Of a stretch of DNA of 64,000 nt, positions 10,776 to 19,850 are shown one piece after another. The notes below the pieces were generated by a model. The model was not told where the DNA came from. It was given only the letters and a program-made list of their open reading frames with translations, and did not search any database. Every line of letters begins with the position of its first letter. Within the stretch, counting starts at the first letter, position 1. Source of the DNA: Candidatus Poribacteria bacterium (lineage in GTDB: Bacteria > Poribacteria > WGA-4E > WGA-3G); contig OZ243938.1 of the NCBI GenBank assembly GCA_965214095.1, positions 2,336,001-2,400,000 of the forward strand, written 5' to 3'. A program made the position numbers and the translations under genes.

Positions 10776-11482
10776 AACTTAACAACGGTATACGAATGAC
10801 ATGGCTCGGACATGCCACGTTTAAATTTGAAACCGAAGGAAATACCTTCTTACTTGACCCGTGGGTTGATAGCAACCCCGCATGTCCCGATGAACTCAAG
10901 ACCTTTGATAACCTTGATGTGATGTATATCACACACGGACATTGGGATCACATGGAAGATGCTGTCCCAATTGCGAAAAAACATACTCCCACAGTAGTTG
11001 CTATGATTGAAGTTGCAAAATATCTTGAAAGCAAAGGTGTGGAAAACACAATCGGCATGAATAAGGGTGGTACCGTATCAGTAAATGGTGTGAAAGCAAC
11101 GATGGTCCCAGCAAGCCATAGCAGTAGTACTATAGAGGCAGATGGCACCATTGTCTATCTCGGTGAATCTACGGGGTTTGTCCTTGAGTTTGCAAACGGC
11201 TATAAAATATATCACGCGGGGGATACATGTGTGTTCGGTGATATGCGAATTATTGGTGAGATTTACCAACCTGATTTAGCACTGCTTCCTATTGGCGGAC
11301 ATTTCACTATGGATCCACGTGAAGCTGCTTATGCCGCACAATTGCTCAATGTCCCTGCTATTATGCCTATGCATTACAGCACATTTCCACTGTTGACGGG
11401 AACGGTTGAAGAATTCCGTGAATTGACAGCATCCTTAGATGTGGAGATTGTTGAATTAGATGTAGGAGATACTTTAGATTAA
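10772..11482 (+). CDS. Metallo-beta-lactamase-fold hydrolase (UPF0173-like)
   Basis: 'WLGHA', 'THGHWDH', 'YHAGDT', 'LPIGG', 'PMHY'; ATGA-type overlap with the upstream gene. Confidence 0.9.
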   Translation: MKLNNGIRMTWLGHATFKFETEGNTFLLDPWVDSNPACPDELKTFDNLDVMYITHGHWDHMEDAVPIAKKHTPTVVAMIEVAKYLESKGVENTIGMNKGGTVSVNGVKATMVPASHSSSTIEADGTIVYLGESTGFVLEFANGYKIYHAGDTCVFGDMRIIGEIYQPDLALLPIGGHFTMDPREAAYAAQLLNVPAIMPMHYSTFPLLTGTVEEFRELTASLDVEIVELDVGDTLD

Positions 11483-12388
11483 GGTTTCTCGGTAGGGACC
11501 GTGTAGTCCAAAAGTATAAGTAGTTCTTAGTAATTCCTGCGGATTGCCTGTGTCAAATCGACTACCTGCAACTCTGTAGCCATACATGCCTTCTTGTTTA
11601 ACCATTTCTGCCATTGCATCCCGAAGTTGTATCTCCCCGTGTGTCAAAATCTGATTACGGTAGTTGTAATCCAGTATGTCAAACAGAAGTGGCGTGAGTA
11701 GGTCAATCCCAAAGTGGCAGAGATATTGATTCGTTTCCTCTTCATCCCATACGCCAACAACCCGCATGTGTTCTCGGGCAAAATCAACGGTAGGTTTCTC
11801 TGTAATTCGGTTTAATATATAAAGATTGGGATTGTCAGGTGTGCTACTCCCCTGTACAATGCCGTTCAGAGAGAGTTCGCTTTCATCACACACATCCAGA
11901 CTGGTAACAGATTTGCCTACTGCAGCAAAGACATCAACCAGTTGTTTGGCACATGTCTCATCCGTATCTGATATATACAGATGGTCTCCGAGCAGAATCA
12001 TGACAGGTTCGTCTGCAGCAAAATCTTTCGCACAATAGATCGCATGTCCGAACCCTTGCGGTTCCGCTTGGATTGCAAACTGCAGACGTTCTCCGATCTC
12101 AATCAACTTATCAACTTGCACTGACAGATCTGTCTTTTCGCGAATAGCATCCGGCACATCGCCAGAAAAATAGTCGGTAATCGGTTCAACCTGATGCGGT
12201 TGCGCGACGAGACACACCTCTTCCGCGCCAGCAGTTAACGCTTCCTCAATTATCAACTGAATGATCGGTTTTGCAAGACCATCCTGTGCGATAATCGGAA
12301 ATAGTGCCTTCGGCACGGCTTTCGTTGCGGGGAAGAGGCGTGTTCCGTATCCAGCGATAGGAATAATCGCCTTTTGTATTGTTTGCAT
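11474..12388 (-). CDS. Sugar-1-phosphate nucleotidyltransferase (GalU-like)
   Basis: 'KAIIPIAGYGTRLFPATKAVPK', 'QAEPQGFGHAI', 'LLGD', 'EKP'. Confidence 0.9.
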   Translation of the reverse strand: MQTIQKAIIPIAGYGTRLFPATKAVPKALFPIIAQDGLAKPIIQLIIEEALTAGAEEVCLVAQPHQVEPITDYFSGDVPDAIREKTDLSVQVDKLIEIGERLQFAIQAEPQGFGHAIYCAKDFAADEPVMILLGDHLYISDTDETCAKQLVDVFAAVGKSVTSLDVCDESELSLNGIVQGSSTPDNPNLYILNRITEKPTVDFAREHMRVVGVWDEEETNQYLCHFGIDLLTPLLFDILDYNYRNQILTHGEIQLRDAMAEMVKQEGMYGYRVAGSRFDTGNPQELLRTTYTFGLHGPYRETLI

Positions 12389-12418
12389 CAGGTTTCACAT
12401 TGTATAATCGACAACTTC

Positions 12419-13276
12419 TTATTCGGAGGCTTTGATTTTTCCCCACTTTGTCGTGATTTTTCCAGCAGCTTCAACTTCAAAAGCACCATCAATTCCATTA
12501 CTGAGAGTCTTAACATCATCCTCAGAGAGTGGCACATTAAACATGACGATCTCATCAATGATTCCACCAAAATGACACCTACCCTTACCAGCATTACAAC
12601 CTGTATCCATTCCGATATAGACCGGTTCAGGAGAATCCCACGGTTGTCCTACAGCGTTTGCACTGTTTTGTAATTCACCATTAACATAGATATAGATTTT
12701 CGTTCCATCCCATACACCTACAAGGTGAATCCACTCATTTATGGGTAGTGGTTCTCCGAGTGCTTCATGTTTTTCGGGTGCGCTTCTCAAACGATAATGA
12801 AACGATGCTTGATTAATTCTCCCACCAGGGTTTTCATGCGCACCGGTGCCAAGTAGGTATTGTGACCAACTTGAACACCCAATTCCTTTCCAAACAACAC
12901 ATTTTCCTTCGGGTGGTATCGTTGCAAAAATCCAGGCATGTATTGAGAAACCTTCGGAGTCTTTGAAATTTAACGCTGCCAAACTATCAGCATCGCCTTT
13001 GGTACCGATCCGAATATGGTTTTGTGCATCAACACCGCTGAACTCTATACCACCACCGAATTTAGCGTCTACCCACTTGAGATCACCAGTGATGACACCA
13101 TCACTACCGTTTCCAGAAAGGTCTTTAACAGTATCTCCGTTTCCTTCTTCAAATGTCCACATTCCTTGTATTGTCCCTGGCGCAAATCTTGCATCACTTG
13201 TAGGTATCAAGATGATACTAAGCATTATCATAACAATTAGGATAGAAGCATATTTAACTAACTTTAACACAGACAT
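12419..13276 (-). CDS. Secreted LamG/concanavalin-like protein
   Basis: AGGAGG RBS before MSVLK; signal peptide; 'WIHLVGVWDG...IYVNG', 'GIIDEI'; C-terminal 'VEAAGKITTKWGKIK'. Confidence 0.9.
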   Translation of the reverse strand: MSVLKLVKYASILIVMIMLSIILIPTSDARFAPGTIQGMWTFEEGNGDTVKDLSGNGSDGVITGDLKWVDAKFGGGIEFSGVDAQNHIRIGTKGDADSLAALNFKDSEGFSIHAWIFATIPPEGKCVVWKGIGCSSWSQYLLGTGAHENPGGRINQASFHYRLRSAPEKHEALGEPLPINEWIHLVGVWDGTKIYIYVNGELQNSANAVGQPWDSPEPVYIGMDTGCNAGKGRCHFGGIIDEIVMFNVPLSEDDVKTLSNGIDGAFEVEAAGKITTKWGKIKASE

Positions 13277-13383
13277 ATTTCCTCCTATCAGACAAATTTT
13301 ATTTGATACTGTAATCCAACAAAGCGTATTCAATTTATAGCGATTGGATTAATCGTGTCTGAAATTGGTTGAATATCTAATAA

Positions 13384-13422
13384 GAATGCGATATCCAGCA
13401 TTCTATTGCAGACATCGCATTC
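13384..13422 (-). terminator. Stem-loop between the two LamG paralogues (possible terminator)
   Basis: GAATGCGAT...ATCGCATTC inverted repeat followed by TTATT on the - strand. Confidence 0.4.
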
Positions 13423-13464
13423 CCGAATACCTACATAAGTATAGGCAACATTTGTTGCTTTGTT

Positions 13465-14313
13465 CTATTTTGCAGCTTTAAGTCTACCCCACGTTGTCGT
13501 AGTTTTTCCAGCTGCATCAACCGCTAATGCACCTTCAATACCATTACCCAGTGATTTTACATCACCTTCAGAAAGTGGGACATTGAAGATTACGATTTCA
13601 TCCATAATACCGTTCCAATGGCAACGTCCGTTACCGTTACCACAGCCAGGATCAGCTCCTATAACAACTGTTTCAGGTGAAGCCCATGGTGGACCTGCTG
13701 CGTCCGCACTGCCTTGCAGTTCACCGTTAACATAGACGTAGAGTTTCGCGCCATCCCAAACACCTACGAGGTGAATCCACTCTTTGGCAGGAAGCGGTTC
13801 TCCGAGTGCCTCTTGTCTTGCACCACCATTTCCGGCACGGATATGAAATGATGCATTAGCAGAATTTGCCCCATTTTCATGTGCTCCGGTTCCAAGTAGA
13901 TACTGTGACCAACTTGAACATCCAAGTCCTTTCCATATTACACATTTGCCGTTTGGTACTTCTGCCGCCCAAACCCATGCATGGATAGAAAACCCTTCAG
14001 AGTCTTTAAAATCTAAAGCAGCTAACGAGTCAGCATCACCTTTTGTGCCAATCTGGACAAAATTTTGTGCGGCAGCACCGCTAAACTCCAATCCACCACC
14101 GAATTTACCATCTGCCCATTTGAGATCACCGACAAAAGTCCCATCACTTCCATTACCTGAAAGGTCTGTTACAGTATCACCGTTACCTTCTTCAAACGTC
14201 CACATACCTTGAATTGTATCTTCATCAATATTAGCATCCGTCACGTTTACATACAACATAGCGGTAAGTAACAGACTGAGGATACATATCACCTTTAGAA
14301 CTTTCGTAATCAC
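13465..14313 (-). CDS. Secreted LamG/concanavalin-like protein, tandem paralogue of 12419-13276
   Basis: AAGGAG RBS with GTG start; long near-identical peptide blocks shared with the neighbour; C-terminal 'VDAAGKTTTTWGRLK'. Confidence 0.9.
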   Translation of the reverse strand: MITKVLKVICILSLLLTAMLYVNVTDANIDEDTIQGMWTFEEGNGDTVTDLSGNGSDGTFVGDLKWADGKFGGGLEFSGAAAQNFVQIGTKGDADSLAALDFKDSEGFSIHAWVWAAEVPNGKCVIWKGLGCSSWSQYLLGTGAHENGANSANASFHIRAGNGGARQEALGEPLPAKEWIHLVGVWDGAKLYVYVNGELQGSADAAGPPWASPETVVIGADPGCGNGNGRCHWNGIMDEIVIFNVPLSEGDVKSLGNGIEGALAVDAAGKTTTTWGRLKAAK

Positions 14314-14418
14314 TATTATTCTCCTTTATTCTTTTACACCAGATAGGTTCAAACAACCTGTCTGATGACGGTTTATATTTAGTGCTTTAGACTATCAGAA
14401 GTCCAAATAATTTGCGTC

Positions 14419-14447
14419 AGTGTAACATGTTTTCGAAGATTTGTCAA
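14419..14447 (-). promoter_or_regulatory. Sigma70-type promoter for the LamG pair
   Basis: TTGACA-N17-TACACT on the - strand. Confidence 0.55.
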
Positions 14448-14557
14448 ATAGTTTCTTACTGACAGCAGGGATATTTAATTTTAGGATGTTCTGATGTATT
14501 TCATGACAAACGTTAATTGACTTGAGATACGATTTTGCTTGTGAGTGCGACATGGTA

Positions 14558-14664
14558 GTAGGCACGCTCCGCGTGCCGTCCAAACGTGAAAGGGTTACGG
14601 TACACCAAATCAACGGTATGAATCATGGCGCATGCTTCTTAGGCATTCCCCGGAGTGTGCCTAC
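14558..14664. repeat. Inverted GTAG-REP pair (GTAGGCACGCTCCGCGTGCC family)
   Basis: Same hairpin is found inside MITE-F; degenerate inverse 'CGGAGTGTGCCTAC' ends at 14664. Confidence 0.6.
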
Positions 14665-14761
14665 AGCCATTCATCACTACGACCCAGACATAACTCTTAG
14701 TAAAACTCATCAACTGGCAAATTATAAAACAAAATAACCCTGTATTGACCTCAGGGTTATT

Positions 14762-14864
14762 TATGGTGAAGCATAAAATTATATCTACTCTTTCTATCAA
14801 CGGTAGGCGAGGTTTCCTGACCTCACCTCAGTAATTTGTAGAATCAATTCAATAATTTACCATA
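14762..14864. mobile_element. Diverged MITE-E copy (103 bp, TA-flanked) with GTAGGCGAGGTTTCCTGACCTCACC hairpin
   Basis: Same length and architecture as 17435-17537 and 40743-40845. Confidence 0.6.
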
Positions 14865-15008
14865 GTTTTAGGGTTTTTGTTGAGTCTTTTTCACAAATGC
14901 TAAATTCCCCAAGCCGGTAGGTGCGGTTTCCTAACCGCACCGGATTTGTGCTAGACACCTTTCATAATAGGTCTTCTCACAGGTTTCGGTGCGGTTAGGA
15001 AACCGCAC

Positions 15009-16496
15009 CATAAGCGTCAATTTAGTGATTTTTTGCTGCATTTTCAAGGTGTTCTAATGTTGTGTCTCTATTAGCACGTCTCTCAATGTAGCACCCATTT
15101 TGGAAAGCGTGTTTTATTTCATCAAAAGTTTGCCGAAAAGACATTATAGACTTGCGGAAACCTATTGCAAGTGTGCGTGCGAAGGTGCTAATAAGTTCTG
15201 CTGTTTTTGTTAGACTATGTTTTAGACATCGCCAACCGACCCTTAACATGATCCAGTGCCGCATAATTGCGACGATGAGTTTTGCATATAACTCACATAA
15301 GATTCTATATGGCTTGTCGCTACGGGAGGTATCAACTTTTCCAATGCTTTTGAAGCACTTGAACATCAACTCAACCTGCCATCGGATGCGTGCGACAGCA
15401 CAAATCTGTTCAGCAGTCAGATGGTCTACTTTTATATTAGTAATGTAGATATTCCATCTTGCGAGCTGAAGTCGTTTGGGTGAAGGTTTCGTATACTTCC
15501 GCTTTGCACGATGTTTTATCTCCTTAATACGCTGTTGGGTTTCTGTTTCTGAAAGTCTTTGAACAACTAATCGTGCTTTGAGACGCTTGTTTTTACCTAT
15601 AAAGATTTGTTTGTCCTTGAAGTTATTAGAACCCTTCTTGAGCCATTTTAGCAAGCAAAAAGGGGCACCTGTTTCATCATAGAGAAAACACTGGACTTTG
15701 TAGCGTGATATCCAAAAGACGTTTGCATCGGAAAGTCTTTTGAAGGTATCAAGTGAATAATAGCCGAGGTCTGCGAGGCGCAAACTGCCGGCGGGTAGCA
15801 TGTCAATCTGCTTTTCAATAGCACTATCAGCGGTGATACCATTGGTCAGTTCAAAGTGTTCAAAAGTGCCTGTGGCACTATCAAAACGCAGGTGGAGTTT
15901 CACGGCAGCTGTGTTCGGTTTATTCTTTTTGCTTCCACCTTCCCAAGTTTCGTGGAGCACATCAGGGAGTGTAATCCAAGAACTATCTTGTAAATAGACA
16001 CCAGTGAACTTTTCAAGGAGCGGAAGCGTTTGCGGGTCGGCAGAAATAACCTTGGACGCAGTAGCATCAAGGATAACTTTCAGGGTCTCTGCTGCTTCAG
16101 ATGTAAATCGTTGTTCAATGGCTTGTCGTGAGATTGAAATCCCCAGCACACCAGCGGTTTGCGCAAGTTGTGTATAGGTGGCATCTGGGTTTTCTAACCA
16201 AGTCCAAATGAGTATTTGAGCAAAACGACTACCGTTGAGTTTACAACTTCTTTTGACAAAACCTGTATTGAGAGCTGCATCATTGGCTATAGTTGTAAGA
16301 ATATGTTGCATTTCTTTGGGAACTTGTGATAATGTATTCATTAGGAAACACCTCTTTGTAGACCATAATAAATCTATATCTACATTATATATGAGGTGTT
16401 TTCATTTTTACAGAAGTTTTATTTCATAATTTATACTTCCTCTGATTAAAAGTTGACACTTATCGGTCTTGGTGCATCCTTAAATTGACGCCTATG
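15009..16496 (-). mobile_element. IS4-family insertion sequence, copy 1 (1488 bp), inserted in a REP hairpin with a 20-bp target duplication
   Basis: TIRs CATAAGCGTCAATTTA / TAAATTGACGCCTATG; GTGCGGTTAGGAAACCGCAC at both 14989-15008 and 16497-16516. Confidence 0.93.
15022..16341 (-). CDS. IS4-family DDE transposase
   Basis: 'LQDSS', 'LADLGYY', 'RWQVELMFK'; the stop codon lies in the TIR. Confidence 0.93.
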   Translation of the reverse strand: MNTLSQVPKEMQHILTTIANDAALNTGFVKRSCKLNGSRFAQILIWTWLENPDATYTQLAQTAGVLGISISRQAIEQRFTSEAAETLKVILDATASKVISADPQTLPLLEKFTGVYLQDSSWITLPDVLHETWEGGSKKNKPNTAAVKLHLRFDSATGTFEHFELTNGITADSAIEKQIDMLPAGSLRLADLGYYSLDTFKRLSDANVFWISRYKVQCFLYDETGAPFCLLKWLKKGSNNFKDKQIFIGKNKRLKARLVVQRLSETETQQRIKEIKHRAKRKYTKPSPKRLQLARWNIYITNIKVDHLTAEQICAVARIRWQVELMFKCFKSIGKVDTSRSDKPYRILCELYAKLIVAIMRHWIMLRVGWRCLKHSLTKTAELISTFARTLAIGFRKSIMSFRQTFDEIKHAFQNGCYIERRANRDTTLEHLENAAKNH

Positions 16497-16656
16497 GTGC
16501 GGTTAGGAAACCGCACCTACCGGTGAGAGTTGAGCCATAATGTTTGATGAAACCATCGTAAAAGCCTATCTTAGACATAACCGATATCATTAAAAACTTT
16601 TATCCTGATAATTATATAATTCTATAAATCCTTGGGCAGACTACAGTAGCACAATA

Positions 16657-17289
16657 CTACTCAGATTTTCGTTCCAAACTCAATTTCTGACCATTAGTAG
16701 AGAGCCTTAACTCATCTCCTTCAAGGCTCCAGGTATACTCAGTACCCGCCTTAAACAGCGCACCGGTAGCAGTCGGAGCAAAACCTTTTTGCGTTTCTGC
16801 TGCCAAATCCATTTCAAGCTCTTCTACTGTTTTACCTACAATTTGTTGTTGCCACACCTCTTCCGGTTCAAGTGCCACAACCACATCCACTGACAAATCA
16901 TGTGTCGCAATTGATAGCATGGATTCATCCGCGGTATACGTCCCTTCCGATGATATCGTGATCTCCTGTGTCATTGAAGACTCAGATTCAGGATATTTCT
17001 CTGTCAGAACAAACTCCAACGCCCCTGTGAACGTGTCGTCGGCATTGAAAGTCCAGCTGTTCCCACCGACCATGAATTCCGTTTCGAATTCCGGTTCTGG
17101 GTCCGCAGGCGTAAACAGTTGATCAAACATCAGACCATTCACTGTTGCAACCTGCCAAGTTGAATCAACGAAATCTGGAGTAATTACCATTTGATCATCT
17201 TTATCATCATCATCTTCACCGCAACCAATCAAAGAAATAATAAGCAAAGCAGTGAAGCATATAATCGTAAACCTAAAAATAGGTTTCAT
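16657..17289 (-). CDS. Acidic lipoprotein, lipocalin-like beta-rich hypothetical
   Basis: Lipobox LIGC followed by an Asp run; 'STWQV', 'GTYTA', 'YTWSLEGDELRL'. Confidence 0.75.
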   Translation of the reverse strand: MKPIFRFTIICFTALLIISLIGCGEDDDDKDDQMVITPDFVDSTWQVATVNGLMFDQLFTPADPEPEFETEFMVGGNSWTFNADDTFTGALEFVLTEKYPESESSMTQEITISSEGTYTADESMLSIATHDLSVDVVVALEPEEVWQQQIVGKTVEELEMDLAAETQKGFAPTATGALFKAGTEYTWSLEGDELRLSTNGQKLSLERKSE

Positions 17290-17434
17290 AACAAAAACCT
17301 TCCTTTTTTACAATTGTGGTATTGTCTCATGTCAGCAAATCGTATGAAACAATATTCATTTACCTACGTGAATTATCTCTTTTCCTAAGAGTAATCGTTT
17401 TCAGGTAACGTGTATGCATCGATTTGTGTTTACA

Positions 17435-17537
17435 TATAGTGAATTATAAATATAAGTTGACACTTTCACCCTATGGTAGGCGAGGTTTCCTAACCTCGCC
17501 GATGCAGAGTGTTCAAGTAATTTCAAAATCTACTATA
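17435..17537. mobile_element. MITE-E (103 bp including flanking TA) with GTAGGCGAGGTTTCCTAACCTCGCC hairpin
   Basis: Near-identical copy at 40743-40845. Confidence 0.8.
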
Positions 17538-17701
17538 TATCAGTATTTCTGAATAGACCTATGTAATAGACCTTCGTGTTATAAAATCCTACCTACCATT
17601 GAAGGTAAATGAATAATCTAAATATATAATTATTGCATTCTTCACCTTAGTTTTTAGTATAATGTCCAGAGTTATTCAATCCTATACCCTTTCAAAAATT
17701 G

Positions 17702-17728
17702 TGCAACAATTTCTCTTAAACTCGCGTC
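17702..17728 (+). promoter_or_regulatory. Candidate ECF-type (autoregulatory) promoter
   Basis: TGCAAC-N17-CGTC about 45 bp upstream of the sigma gene; AAC/CGT is the common ECF consensus. Confidence 0.45.
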
Positions 17729-17771
17729 ATTATATACAAGTGAATTCAGAAACGTTTTACGGAGGCATCCG

Positions 17772-19505
17772 ATGAAAAATGATGATGTTAAGTTGATCCA
17801 ACGCATTCTCGCGGGTGATCAAACTGCTTTTGAGAGTTTGCTTACAAAATATCGGAAGCAGGTCCACGCGCACGCATGGCGGCGGACAGGTGATTTTCAT
17901 ATCGCTGAAGACATTACACAGGAGACTTTCCTGCAAGTTTATCAGAAACTGGAAACTCTTGAAGAACCAACTCAGTTTTCAAGATGGCTCCATGCGATTG
18001 TGAATCGTCTCTGTATTGCGTGGTATCGGAAAAACCATATACACACTGAATCATTTGAAGAAACCGACTACTCAGAGATTGAGATTGATGCATATTCTCG
18101 CTATGTTGCAGCAGAACAGGTGAAAACAACTGCTATAGTGCAAAGTGATGTTGTGCAGGAACTTCTCACTAAGTTAAAGGAAAACGACAGACAAGTTGTC
18201 ACGCTATACTACTTTAAAGAAATGACATATTCTGAGATAGGTTCCTATTTAGGTGTATCAGAAAGTACGATTAAGAGTCGGTTGCACCGTGCTCGCAAAC
18301 GTCTGCAAAAGTATGAGTTCATGATACAAGAAGCGTTAGACATAACAATGGAAGAGGGACATCACTCCCACAGAAAAATAAATGGAGGTATTGGAATGAA
18401 TTTGACATTTGAAAGAGACGACCTTTTATATTCGCTACAAGTGCTGCAGGATATTGGGAATGGAGAGGATACTTCTCCGATTCTCTCAAATATATTTATC
18501 CACGCAGCTGGTGATACTATTGAGTGTATGGCAACAGACACTGAAATCGGTATCAGAATGAAGGTAGAAGGGACAGTTAGAGAAGAAGGGAGAATTGTTG
18601 TTTCTGCCCAGAAGTTAGCAGACATTGTTAATGGGTGGCAATCGGAGAAACCGATAAACTTAATTACGACAGCAACAGATCGCATTGAAATCAGTGGTGG
18701 AAATGGCGTTCACAAAAACGTCAAGATATCCGATGAAGAGTTTCCCAACCTCCTTGCTGTTGATGATAAAGCGATTGCGATTGATGGGGATAGCCTACGT
18801 TCTGTGCTGGACAAAACTAAATATGCAGTTCCCACAGATGAGGAAAAGATCAAGCGTTTACCAAAAGGTCTATACTTTAACCTATTTAATGACAGAACAG
18901 AAGTTGTCGCGACCGACGGATTACAACTTGCCCTTGCCCACTGTGAACCGTTCAACTTATCTGATGATAGCGATGGATTTATCGTTCCACTCAAAGCTGC
19001 CAAAGAAATCGAACGCACATTTGCGAATTCACCTGAGATAAGGATTGCGCGCATTGAAAATCAGATTCTCTTTGCGGATGAACATGTTACGTTGACGACG
19101 AAATTGATAAATACTGAATACCCACAGTATCAACAAATCTTACAAAGTTCTTATGATGGGAGAGTCGTAATAAAGAAAGAGCCTTTTATGAACGTCGTCC
19201 GTGAAATTGCCATGCTTTCAAATCCGAAATACCCGTCGGTATTTTTAGAAATAGATGAACAGAAGATACGGATTTCGCCTAAACTCTCTGCACCGGATGA
19301 GGAATGTGAGACTGTCGCGGTGGATTCATGTGTTGGGAGTGTCAATATCCGTCTGAATTCTCGGATGCTGACAGAGGCATTAGAGCACATTGAAACGGAG
19401 GCTTTTGCTCTAGAGTTCACAAATGCAGTGCTTCCTGTTGTAGTTAAACCTATGGGAAAGGAAGGACATGTTTGTATTTTTGCTCCAATGCGTTTGGATG
19501 CTTGA
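17772..19505 (+). CDS. dnaN: Fusion of an ECF sigma-70 factor (aa 1-~190) and a DNA polymerase III beta sliding clamp paralogue (aa 209-577)
   Basis: Sigma2 'AEDITQETFL...FSRWL'; sigma4 'MTYSEIGSYLGVSESTIKSRLHRAR'. Clamp motifs 'PILSNI', 'ATDTEI', 'EEFP', 'VATDG', 'EYPQY', 'APMRL'. Not in a dnaA context, so a paralogue. Confidence 0.88.
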   Translation: MKNDDVKLIQRILAGDQTAFESLLTKYRKQVHAHAWRRTGDFHIAEDITQETFLQVYQKLETLEEPTQFSRWLHAIVNRLCIAWYRKNHIHTESFEETDYSEIEIDAYSRYVAAEQVKTTAIVQSDVVQELLTKLKENDRQVVTLYYFKEMTYSEIGSYLGVSESTIKSRLHRARKRLQKYEFMIQEALDITMEEGHHSHRKINGGIGMNLTFERDDLLYSLQVLQDIGNGEDTSPILSNIFIHAAGDTIECMATDTEIGIRMKVEGTVREEGRIVVSAQKLADIVNGWQSEKPINLITTATDRIEISGGNGVHKNVKISDEEFPNLLAVDDKAIAIDGDSLRSVLDKTKYAVPTDEEKIKRLPKGLYFNLFNDRTEVVATDGLQLALAHCEPFNLSDDSDGFIVPLKAAKEIERTFANSPEIRIARIENQILFADEHVTLTTKLINTEYPQYQQILQSSYDGRVVIKKEPFMNVVREIAMLSNPKYPSVFLEIDEQKIRISPKLSAPDEECETVAVDSCVGSVNIRLNSRMLTEALEHIETEAFALEFTNAVLPVVVKPMGKEGHVCIFAPMRLDA

Positions 19506-19850
19506 GTAATAATCTAATCGTATATGCCCTATTTGACAGTTATAGGTTAGTGCTTAGTCAACATTTTATTGTAGTTCGCGATTCGGAGATCGTTCCTACC
19601 GACTGACCATTTATTGTCCGAGGGAACTCCGATTCCCGATTACTCTTATGTCCATCAGTTATAGTAAAAACCATAATTATTTACACACTACGGTAGGTTC
19701 GGTTTCCTAACCGAACCATGGGCGTCAATTTAGTGTAAATTAGGCGTTTTCCCCAGGACGGTAGGTTCGGTTTCCTAACCGAACTGGATCCTATGCGAGA
19801 ACCTCTATGAAGGTATTTGGCACAAAGCCGGTTCGGTTAGGAAACCGAAC

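Noticed and set aside
14732-14762. Hairpin AAATAACCCTG...CAGGGTTATTT as a terminator
   Set aside because: No gene ends close to it in the current arrangement, so it cannot be assigned.
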